From contig OZ316892.1 in assembly GCA_973895155.1 (NCBI GenBank), forward strand, positions 3,041,223 through 3,105,222: a stretch of DNA of 64,000 nt, read 5' to 3'. Shown in pieces: positions 1 through 10,122 of the stretch. Source of the stretch: Marsupella aquatica (Eukaryota; Plantae; Marchantiophyta). The notes beneath the pieces were generated by a model that did not search any database, was not told the origin of the DNA, and saw nothing but the letters and a program-made list of their open reading frames with translations. How positions within the stretch are numbered: the stretch's first letter is position 1; every line of letters starts with the position of its first letter. Position numbers and translations under genes: made by a program.

Positions 1-699
1 TAAGGCAACAACTGTAAGACAAACCTTTCACTGTCGACAATTTTGCTACCCAGCCAATGTCAAATCCCTTGTCAGATCCATACCCCCTGCTGCCTAAGAC
101 CTGCTCATCCATTGGGCTTTCAAAGGTGGAAATGCAATTGCTCGCATGATGACGAGAAGGTCACAAAGCAAGTGCGATTCTGACATCAGCATTTGGTATT
201 TGGTGAGCTATGGAGCTACCAAAGACTCCAGTGGCCGGCCTTCTCTGGTTTTTTGACATCCTCTTTGACAAGCGTTTGATGAGCTGACAGACCTTTTGTA
301 GGGTGTCGACTGTTCAGTCGATGTGTTTCGGATGTTGCTGATACCTGAGGTCGTATCAATCAATCAATCCAGATTTTGTTGACGACTTGCGAGAAAACCT
401 CAGCCTGCCTCCCAAGCCTAAGGTAGCGTTTCCACCCACACCTCCGGATCGAAAGTATCGGTTGTAATTTAAGATGAAACAGTCTACTTTCCGAAACAAC
501 CCTTCGGCTCTGTTGGCCAAAGGTGTGGAGATCAAGAAAGAAACAGTAGTCATACTATGCCGATCTTGTAGAGAGATCTGCGAAGTAAGCACGCAGAAAT
601 GCAGCTTGAAGAGCAGCACGCCCACTAACATCAAAACATATTGTTGTGGTGTACACAGTCTGACCTAGGTTGCAAGTAGTGATGGTGAGATTAATGGTT

Positions 700-1260
700 T
701 TAGGTTTTCGGCAAAGCTTCCAACGCAGCTTGCTCGGCTACCGTCTGCAAGGACTTCAGATTGCACTTGATCACCGTGTCCACAAACACGCATGTATCTG
801 GAGCCGTGTTTCCTTCAGCTATGTCCGAGACATAGGACTCGATCACTAACGTCCCTCGCCGACCCTTGCTGATCCGCTCGTGCAACGACGTCACGGACCA
901 GTAATTCCTCAGCCTGTGGCCGCCCCCGAGAATCCTGAAACTGATTATGTGGTTCGCATCGTCAAGCACCTCGAGCCGCTCGATGCTGCTCGTCCCTGGC
1001 AGTCCGGACACCAGTCTCACCTCCCTCACGCTGCCCGGCCGGCCATCGCCTGTCAAAAGCGAGCAGCTCTGCAGGAACTGCTTGTAGCTCTGCGGCTGAT
1101 CGAACCGTCGCAGTATTCCCCAGACCACTTCTGTGGGTGCATCGATCTCCTGGAACAACGTGGATCCGCATTGGTTTGCTTGGATTTTCTCATTGTGATG
1201 TCTTCTAACCAAATCCCTCTCCTCTTCGTTCAATTTCTCATCGTGCTCTGTCCCGCCCAT
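700..1260 (-). CDS. PYL: PYR/PYL/RCAR abscisic acid receptor (START/Bet v1 fold), intronless, 186 aa
   Basis: The ORF has [21 protein letters not shown], gate loop SGLPG, ERLE, latch [15 protein letters not shown] and [10 protein letters not shown], all diagnostic PYL motifs. Confidence 0.96.
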   Translation of the reverse strand: MGGTEHDEKLNEEERDLVRRHHNEKIQANQCGSTLFQEIDAPTEVVWGILRRFDQPQSYKQFLQSCSLLTGDGRPGSVREVRLVSGLPGTSSIERLEVLDDANHIISFRILGGGHRLRNYWSVTSLHERISKGRRGTLVIESYVSDIAEGNTAPDTCVFVDTVIKCNLKSLQTVAEQAALEALPKT

Positions 1261-1319
1261 CGCCGTCCCTCCAAGTGAGTAGTGTTGGTCGATCTGTACC
1301 TCCTTCGCTCCCGCACCTA

Positions 1320-1840
1320 TCTACAGACCATTCCTCCTATCACTTCCTCTTCCTCGTCCAACTCATCTCTCCTCTTCTCTTCTCTTCTCTCCTCTCCTCT
1401 CCTCTGCTCTCCTCTCCTCTTCACCCTTCAAATAGTCAAAGTCTGGAACAAACAACAATCTTCCTCTCCTCTTTCTCACTTCCTAATCCTGTTCAGCTCC
1501 TCTCGACTCTTGTCTCGTTCTCACTTCCTGTTCCTCTTCATCTCCTCTCGACTCCTCATACAACTTATCTCTCCTCGTCGTCCTTCAGATTCTCAAATTC
1601 TGGAAAGCATCACAATCTTCCTCTCCTCTTCCTCTCACACCACGTTTCTGCTCTCGGCTCCTCTTTCCACCTCTTCCGCATTCACATCCTCAGAGATTCG
1701 CGCACGAAATCATCTTTTCTCTTCCTCTTCGACTTACAACCGATTTGTGCCTCTCGACTCCTCGTTCTCTGGGCTCCTCCTTCGCTCGACCTCACCTTGT
1801 TCTCTCGACGAAGCGCAGATTCATTCTGGAACCTGGAATG
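1320..1840 (+). repeat. Long pyrimidine-rich tract including a (CTCCT)n microsatellite, upstream of PYL
   Basis: About 500 bp dominated by C/T on the + strand, with a (CTCCT)-like run near 1365-1420. The overlapping Ser/Leu-rich ORFs are artefacts of this composition. Confidence 0.8.
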
Positions 1841-2046
1841 ATCTAAAGGTGATCGCCTGATCGGAAAGCAGAGCAACAGGATAAGAACTGTCGGAGACAA
1901 GATTTTTTAACGTGGTGATCACATCTCCAACAAAATTGGAATCGCCGTCTGCAAAGAGTGCTGACTTTACTGAGGATATGAGTGGATATTAGAGAAGAGG
2001 AATGTTCGGTAGGCGAGGGAGAGAGGTGCTTCACACAGTTATTTCT

Positions 2047-2090
2047 GAACCGTTAGATCTCTCAAAGAGCTGATGAGAACCGTTGGATCT
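2047..2090. promoter_or_regulatory. Tandem MYB-type sites GAACCGTT(A/G)GATCT (MSA-like or DUO1-like)
   Basis: GAACCGTTAGATCT at 2047-2060 and GAACCGTTGGATCT at 2077-2090, exactly 30 bp apart. The reverse complement matches the MSA core YCYAACGGYY. Confidence 0.4.
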
Positions 2091-2318
2091 GGAGATCAGG
2101 TCTCAAAAGAGTAAAGAAGGTGAAATGAGATTTGGTTCAGCACCTGTACAAACAATTATTGAGTAAAAATTATCCTGTAGCTGTCTTTTATACAATTTTT
2201 TAAAGAGAAGCTTCCTTAGAACAAGCTTTCTAACTAGTTTGCAGGCAAGGAACACTCCTCCTTTATAATTTTGTGCATTTTTATATTCATTATTACCACA
2301 CTACTACCACAAGTTTGT

Positions 2319-3635
2319 ATGGCTCAAACGCATTTGACCCATCTGGAAATGGGTTCCTGTATGGAGGTCGAGGAGGGTTCCCTCCCATTTCAGGTTCATT
2401 TGCGCACGGCTCGGTCATCATTACCCGATCCTGTTCGAGCTGCGTTACCTTCATTCCAGGAGTTTTTATCCTTGGACCCCGTCCGTCTTCAGGCAGACCT
2501 TGCTGGGCGTATGCACGCTTTCACCCTCTCCAGCATCCTCACCGAGGCACCTGACACGGACCGAGCTCGGATTCTTTCTTCCGGAGGGAAGGGCGCAGGA
2601 GGCTGGCTTCAGGCCAATCCAGTCATTCCTCACCTGCGGATGTCTTCAGCGGAGTTTGCGACAGCCATGCGTCTTCGTATGGGCTTGCCCCACCCACTTC
2701 TTGCTGGTTTACCTCCTACTTGCACTTGTGGGAAGCCTTGTGATGCCACAGGTGTCCATCTTCTTCGATGCAGTTTGGGCGGCGAAACCATTTTTGTTCA
2801 CGACGCTGTGAGAGATGCGACTGCTCAGGTTCTCTCTGGCTCTTTGGTCTGCGCGCGGCGGGAGGTGGTGCTCGAGTTACCTGGTCCTCCATCACAGCGG
2901 TTACGGGTGGATCTTACCATGGTCCGTGACGGTCACCGTACTTTGGCAGATGTAGTGGTGGCAAACCCATTGCGCCAAGACATCATTGGGACAGCGGCAA
3001 CAACGGCAGGGGCAGCAGCATCACGAGCAGCACAAACGAAGGAGGCCAAATATGCTGCACGAGCTTCATCTGATAGCTTCCTGCCCCTTGCTCTTGAGAT
3101 ATTTGGGCGTCTTCATCATCAGTTCGACGGGCTTCTTCGCCAAGCTGCTCGGGATGTTCACGGTCGGATGGGTCCCACCGGGCCCCCGCTATCTGTTTTG
3201 ACCACGCACTTTCGCCAACGCATTTCAGTCACCTTACAGTGTGCTCAAGCTCAGGCCGTCTATCGTCGATCTCTGACAGTGGGTGCTAGTGTGACTCCGC
3301 AGCGGCTAGCCCCCCTAGAGGACATTCCTGTCCCACTTGCCGATCTAGTTTCGACACTTGATGTAGACCACTAGCTTGTAGCCACATTTGCTAGGTATGA
3401 TGAGGACCTCGGTCCATTTGCGGTAGTTTTAGTTACTCTTTCTTGGTTTTTAGGGGTTTCCTTTTGCTCACTTCTTTTAGTTCCTCTTTCTTGGTTTTTA
3501 GGGTTTCTTTTTGCTCACTTCTTTTGCGTTTGGTTTTGTCCACTTGGGACCTCTCTTGTTTATTCTTTTGTACTCTATTTGGCCTTTTTCTGTATAAAGT
3601 ATGTCTATATTCTCATCTGGAAAGGTTTGACAAGA
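2319..3635 (+). mobile_element. 5'-truncated non-LTR retrotransposon with restriction-like endonuclease (CRE-like clade)
   Basis: ORF 2319-3374 (351 aa from the ATG) has GAGGWL..P, MRLRMGLP, zinc knuckle CTCG...HLLRC, HDAVRD, RVD...ADV, K.AKY, FLPLALE.FG and ISVTLQ. No RT domain is visible. A T-rich 3' UTR follows, with an internal duplication at about 3436-3525. Ends are approximate. Confidence 0.8.
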
Positions 3636-3999
3636 AACCATTTTACATGCAGGAGCAGAATCTTAAGTGTTTTTAATACCATTTATTTATGCCTGTCAAA
3701 GGAAGACAATCGTGGGTAAAGATTTGGTGAAATTTAGCCAATAAAAAAAGGAGTGCATGGACGTGTACCGCGTGTGTAAGTTTGACCAACAGGTTAATTT
3801 ATTAAGCGTAGTGGAACCTCTCTTTGGTACTCGTTCTTTAATGAGAGGGTGTCAATTGCAGGTTTTCACTATTCTTTGTAAGGTTGAGGCTCTGTATTTT
3901 GGGGTCCTTAGACAAATTCCTCTTTGCTTGCCTCCTACACGTTTACTCCACAGCTTTGCCAGGCTTGGCAATTCACTTCTCCTTAGGGTTATAGTTTAA

Positions 4000-4491
4000 C
4001 TGAGATTTACTAGATTTTCACTCTTTTGGGGACAATAGACAATTTAATTTTTTCCATTTATCACAATGCCACTCTTTTTGTTTGTGTTAAGAAAACTAAC
4101 CTATGTTAGCTCCTTCACATCCAATGGCTATCATCACACCCAGTTTCCTAATCAAATGGTCTGGGTCTCCCTCAAGATGACCTTGACCACCCTTGGGTGA
4201 GCTGAACAAGGAGTGGGCCGGGTGATCCTGTCCCCCCATCCTACACATGGCCTCTATCTAATGCCAGCCTATACCTGTGCGTAGCTTTTGCCCTAGTCCT
4301 CCTCAAAATAGTCAAAGTCACATTGAGGGAGACCCCAGGCATCTGATAAAAAATTGGGTGACTATGATGATAGCCATTGGATGTGAAGGAGCTACCCACA
4401 AACAAAAAGAATGGCATAGTGATAAATAATAAAAAATTCAGTGGCAAGGTATATATTATGCAAAAAAAGGTGGCCATCTAGAAAATCCCAG
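4000..4491. mobile_element. Foldback/MITE-like element with long imperfect terminal inverted repeats
   Basis: About 4045-4195 is the reverse complement of about 4300-4440 (shared core TAGCTCCTTCACATCCAATGGCTATCATCA). The termini CTGAGATTTACTAGA and TCTAGAAAATCCCAG lie in TA context. Confidence 0.8.
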
Positions 4492-4969
4492 TATATAGGT
4501 TAATTTGCTTCTTTTCTGGGTTTCATTGTAGTTCTTTTACCTTCGTTGGAGACTCTTAAGCTTATTTGGCTCTTTCAAATTGGGGTTCCATGCTCTTTTC
4601 TCCCCTTTATTGGGTCTTCTTGGGATCCCGTTTCCCATGTTGGATCTTTGTTTTCTGCAGTGGTAGATATATCTTGCCTGGACTCTTTTCTGATTTGGTT
4701 TTTAGCTTGAATGGTTGGTTTGGTTTGCACGTGATTGATGTCTTGATGATGATTTCACACTTCATGTTTAGACTTTTATAAAGGTTGATTCGTGATTTGC
4801 ACCTGAATGGATTCATTGTCATCATAATGATTTCCCACATGATCGTTGGACTTCTAGAAAGGATTATTCGTGGTGCACTGAGTGCACGTTAACTTTAAGA
4901 AAGGTGTGATATTATTCTTTTTGTCTCAAAATCAGTCTTTATTTGACAATGAAAAGGCAGTACATAATA

Positions 4970-5120
4970 GAGAAGAATGCTAGATTTCGATGGGGTACTA
5001 TGAAAATTCTCATCTACTTGACCAAAAATAGTAAGATAAAACATTTCTTAGACTCTTGAGTTTTTTAATATCCTATTTCGAGGGCATTATGGGCAATAAC
5101 AACCCCTCAAAAGCTAGAGC
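4970..5120 (+). repeat. Degenerate dispersed repeat, second copy at about 33300-33475
   Basis: Both sites share, in the same order, GAGAAGAATGC, TATGAAAATTCT and TGGGCAATAA..CCCCTCAAAA. Confidence 0.5.
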
Positions 5121-5329
5121 CTTTGTGTTACCATGGTACTACTATATATTCCATCCCCAATGATTTTTCTCTTTATAATTTTAAATGCATTTATGGAGAA
5201 GAATGCCCAGTCAAGATTTGGGTTCACTTGGTTCATTATGAAACTTCTCCTATACTTTTACTAAACATAGTAAAAACTCTCTTAGCACTCTACTGTAAGT
5301 ATATGATGTCTTGTTACTCCAGGTGCGAC

Positions 5330-7305
5330 CATTGCAGCATTTTCTGTCACAACAGGGACATCTATGCTTGTGGCAATATACACATGACATCGTCAGAACA
5401 AACCAAGACCAATGTCAGAGGCCTGGATTGCAACATTCACACTAGACATACTTCGAGGCCTAGAGTACTTGCACAAGAAGGACATTGTGTTGAGCATAGA
5501 CTACAATAGCAATGGTAAGCACATGCCACATCCAACGTGCAAGTAGTCGACACAAGAGTTACGTGGTTCACCTCCTCGAGGCTACGTCCACGGGAACACA
5601 CAAGAGAGCTTTACTGAACTCTAAGCCCATCGGCCATACCAAGTCTCCATAGTGTATGCTCTCTTCTCTCCCTAGTGGCTCCGTAACAATGAACTTTAGT
5701 TCCACTTATCCAAGAAAACACCGTTTGGCATACCGTGTGCATCCTAGTTAGTCTAACCATGTCTCTGACTACGAGTAGCCTAACTATAGTTACATGTTGT
5801 AACCCTCAACCTTGAGTAAATACCTAACAGATTGTCCATGGTGATATCAAGGGGGACAATGTTCTATTTGGCTGTAATTTGGCACTTTGGCTCAGCAAAG
5901 GGCTGTACTGTCTCAAAACTCTCATTGATTTTAGAGGGGACAGAAGGTTACATGGCTCCAGAGGTAGCCAACAAGGTGGAATCCACATTTGCATTGGATA
6001 ATTTTTCACTTGGTTGCGCTGTGATTGAGATGGCCACAGGTACATCTTTAATTTGTACTTGGTATTATTCATAGCCTAATAACAAACAAAGAGTGACAAA
6101 CCCAAAGCAATCAACCCATTCTACTTGTTAGTGTTGTGCTCCTTTAAAATGTTTTTGACAGGATTTCATAAGTCACTTTTAATTTTCCTATAAGGTTACC
6201 TCACTTGTATTAGTTAAGCAGAAATTTATTGCAACATACCTTATACCACCAGTCCAATTATAAGTTATTTTAAAATCTAAAGTCCGAAAACTAAAATGGA
6301 CACCAACTGCTAAGAAACAACAATCCTCTTTAATATTATGGACTATAGGTGGAGTCATTTTTGGCCAAAATATATGAGGTGGCTGAGTAGGATCCACGGG
6401 CAAGGCCAGGGCTTTGTTTATTTTGTGCCTAGTGGTGCTGAGGCTTCTGCCGGTGTTTCTGCTCTGCTCCTGGGGCTATGCTCCCTGTCCCCCGGCTGCT
6501 CCTCACTGTGGGGTTTCTTGGGCCTTACTCTAAAGTATATAAACTTCTGTGGAAATAAAGCAGTTTAACTTGAAATAGAAATGTGATCTAGGAGTTTTCC
6601 TTAGTCTTTTAACCAAATCGTAATAGATGAAAGGTTTTCCCCCTTATTTTCTGCAAATGTGAACCACACTTTTAAATAGTTTGCCTCAACACTCCAACTT
6701 ATGCTTCATATTGCTTTCATAGTACTGTAGATGGCTGTTATGGCATCCCTGATTCGCTGAAGTGTGGCCCTGGACAGTCACTTTTTGAAACAGTGAAAGA
6801 CAAAGATTACAGTAAGTCCGTCCCAAAGGATATCTCAAAGGAGGCCCAAAACTTTCTTCAATGTTGCTTGAATACCAATCCAAAGTTGAGTCTATCTACT
6901 TCTCAATTACTTGACCATGCCTTCATTTTGACAAACTTCCAATCAGTCAAATTAAGACAGGGACCAAAGCAATCTAGCATGGAATATCCATATGACTCAT
7001 CTCCATACTTGGATCGATGTCCTTCTCAGGATAAATGTTACATGGTTCCATTTGTAGACAAGTTCCAATATTCTGGCCCAGGTTCTATGGTGCACAAATC
7101 AGATGAAGAATTTGATTCTGGATCCCAGTCGAATGAGGAACCACAACATGGGGTGGACTTGGAAGGACAGTACAGGGGCAGTAAAGCTTTGGGCATGAGC
7201 AACCAGGAAATCAAATGTTGCAGACTCATGGCAAGCTCTAAGAATCCAGAAAATGAGCACTCTACAACAAAACGTGAGTGTGTGCCCCCCCCCTCACCCC
7301 CCTAA
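5330..7305 (+). pseudogene. MAPKKK (MEKK/NPK1-like) Ser/Thr kinase pseudogene
   Basis: After removing the solo LTR the frame reads FTLDILRGLEYLHKKDIVHGDIKGDNVL. The DFG is frameshifted (GCA C TTT GGC TCA GCA AAG). Then GTEGYMAPEV...FSLGCAVIEMAT, a phase-compatible intron at 6040-6730, and ISKEAQNFLQCCL...QLLDHAF (subdomain XI). No N-lobe exons were found. Confidence 0.88.
5488..5829. mobile_element. Solo LTR (342 bp, probably copia-type)
   Basis: Begins TGTTG and ends TAACA. It is flanked by a 5-bp target duplication CATTG/GATTG (one mismatch). Removing it restores the kinase reading frame. Confidence 0.85.
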
Positions 7306-7699
7306 TCCCCGACCTCCCACACACTATGACATTCTGTTGTTTTTTAAATTCTATCAAAATTGGATTTTGAAGGCTGGAAAAACAAAATCATGTGAGTGTC
7401 GTCACAAGCTTGCAACTTTACTTCAGTTAATGTTTGAAACAAGTAATTTATCAATTTTAACCTGTGCATTATATTCCAGTCAGGTTATTGCCAGCTCTAG
7501 GCTCTAAAAGGTTGAAATCCTTCAATGATAAATGTAATCCAGTCTGAGGCCAGCCAAAACCTGAGGCTAACGAATCATTTTTAGAAATATTTCTATTCTT
7601 ATGACAACATTGTTTAAGTACTTTAACTTCCTTCCAAGATGACCTTGAACATGCTATTTTCTACATTGTACCAAAAGAATTGATGGAAGAGAGTCTTGA

Positions 7700-7979
7700 G
7701 TGACAACAAACCAAGTCAGGTGACAACAAACCAAGTCATCTGCAGGATGAACAAGACCTTACAGCAATTAATCAAAAGATTTGCAAGATGCAGGAAGGTG
7801 CGGAATGGGTTGCTGTAGGCCTCGATGTAGGCATCTTGCAGTAAATTTTGTGGAACCTACATTGCATCCAAGACCTCACAGCAATTCATCAAAAGTTTTG
7901 CAAGATGAAGGGAGGTGCAGAATGGGTTACTTACTGCAGGCATCTTGCAGTAAATGTTGTGGAACCTATATCTCATCCT
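7700..7979 (+). repeat. Local tandem duplications (20 bp x2 and about 117 bp x2)
   Basis: GTGACAACAAACCAAGTCA occurs twice at 7700-7738. AAGACC..ACAGCAATT.ATCAAAAG...GTGGAACCTA occurs at 7754 and 7870. Confidence 0.8.
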
Positions 7980-9266
7980 AGAGACTGCAAAAGTTAACCA
8001 CCATGACCAATATTCACTTTCAGTCTCTGTATACTAAGCCAAGCAGGTGATATATCCATCTTGTAAAGTTTCATGAGAATAAGTTTTCAAATGAATTTTT
8101 TAATATGTGCAATTACTTTGTTGTCTAAGTTGTGTCTACTTAGTTCATTTTGCCTATTTTGGTTAAAAAGGTGAATAATAAGATGTGAAAAATATAGCAA
8201 GAGGGTTATGTGGGTTTTGGAGGTGGGAGTTTGGGTGTTTTTTGTGATTTGCTTTTACATGTGAGGGTTGTGTGGTGAAGAAAGAGGTAGAGGAATAACT
8301 TTTCCCATATTGCCTTAGCGTGCAATCAAGAAATTCAGCCATGTTCAAAAACTGACATCTGCTCATGAAGCCATGCTTCAAGGTTTCATTAGAATAGAAT
8401 AAGCTCAGGGCATCAATCTTTCATTGAGCAGTGATATTCTTATGGAACTGCTCAATGAAGATTACTGAGAATCTTATGAGCAACTCTCAATGGTTCCAAT
8501 GCAGGCAAGCTTCCCACCCTTACCCACATGGATTTCCTGTTAGAATTTGATTGAAATGTCCCAGGCTATAACCCCCAGCCAGGTTGGCTTTGGGGTGTTT
8601 TTTGGGCAATGCCATTTGTAGTAGTAAGATGACATAGACATGAGATTGACTTTGTAGAGTGTCTCTTTAGTTCTATGTAACCTTGGGAACATTATCAAGA
8701 CAATGGCAGAATGACAATACAAATTACTCAGTGGTAGATGCAATGTAGCCTGTCCCCTCTTTAGGAAAATAAGCTCTAACACCTTGGAGCTACAATACTC
8801 TGAGGCTCCTGACCATTTCTCCTCTACAGGATGGGTTACTCTATATATATGATCTGCCAGGTCTTTGGAACTCAATCAAAGTAACCACAACTTTCCTGCA
8901 TATGAACCTGTTAGTGAGGCCCGGCTTCAACTAAATAATTCACAGTTGAATCAAACTGCCACTGTCCCAGAAGTAGTGGGAGGACAAAATAACTAGTTCA
9001 CTCTTACTCAGGTTTTGAACATTATTGACTAATTATGGTGACTCTGATCCACCAGGTTTTGAAATAAGTCAGTGAAGGTTTAACTAAGTAGAAGACTGGA
9101 CCACCAGGGTAGACCCCAAGGCATGATTTATTAACCTCCATTTATTTTCTCTGTAAGACTGCAAGGCCAGGCTGCAGCCACACCATGATTAGGGGAAAGA
9201 GAGTTCACCAGAGCTACTCATGGACAGAATGAGTTCTGGGAGAAAACCCAGAGTATTTTCATGAGT

Positions 9267-9416
9267 GATTTGCTTGATGGGACCCCAAAATGAAATGTGT
9301 TACTTGATAGGACCTTGAGTGATCCAGACCCTTGATTTACATTGAATCAACCTACCCAAAATTTCTGGGGTCCTATGAAGTAACCCATTTCCATTTGGGG
9401 TCCCCTCAAGCAAATC
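9267..9416. repeat. Inverted repeat/hairpin with 48-bp arms
   Basis: 9267-9314 versus the reverse complement of 9369-9416: 43 of 48 identical, 54-nt loop. Confidence 0.85.
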
Positions 9417-10122
9417 CCTCTTATTTTCACAGGGTTTGTTTACACTACTACAGTACCTGTGTTGGAAAATCAGGAGTTCACAAAATGTTGACAATCTTCC
9501 ACCTGTCAGCCACGTGTCCTGGCCTCATTGGAGTACAATCAACGAAGACATCATTCCTCAATGACAGATTGATGGGAATCTTGTGGAGCAATCGCCAATG
9601 GCATCAATGTCACCATAAGATGTTAGCAAAATCAGTAATGATGCTTTTCCAGGCAGTTGGGAAAATTTTCATCCCTCTGCTAGTCTGCTATGCCCTTATG
9701 ACCCACCTTTTCAGTACATTCTTCTCCTCGTAGTGTACGCTTAAAAATTCATTTCTTCACAATCTTGCCATCCTTTCTTCACGAGAACGGCACAGACAGA
9801 GCACAAGTTATCAGAGCGATTGGAGCTGAGCAAAAGAGTGGGAGAGATTCATCTTTTGTGCCTCCTCTCCTCTCCATCTGCACGTGCTTCACCTTCTTCC
9901 TATATTGGAGGACATCGTTTGCTGCTAGTTTCCCAAGGTCGTCTGAATTGAGCGGTGTGTTTTCTCCCTCCGCTAAGGAGCTCTCACCCAGTTACGTTGC
10001 ACGGAGACATCGAGGTAGAGTTTTATCTTCGTGCCTCTCCCTCCATCCACAAAAGGCTAGGCACCAATTTGGAAGCCCATAGGCAGGCAACAAGCGGGTA
10101 GACACCGGGCGTGCAAAAGGCA

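Noticed and set aside
880-1278. Antisense ORFs over PYL, and likewise over DUF726 and the zinc-finger gene
   Set aside because: Shadow frames of GC-rich coding sequence with no recognisable motifs.
1275-1860. Two Ser/Leu-rich ORFs of about 190 aa
   Set aside because: They arise from the stop-poor C/T tract, have non-ATG starts and show no domain.
8300-8880. Possible degenerate Crinkler/RHS-like nuclease gene on the minus strand (DLADHIYRVTHP, RVAHKIL, KIDAL fragments)
   Set aside because: The fragments are short and broken by stops, and no P-loop or other anchor motif was found. A translated HMM search would be needed.
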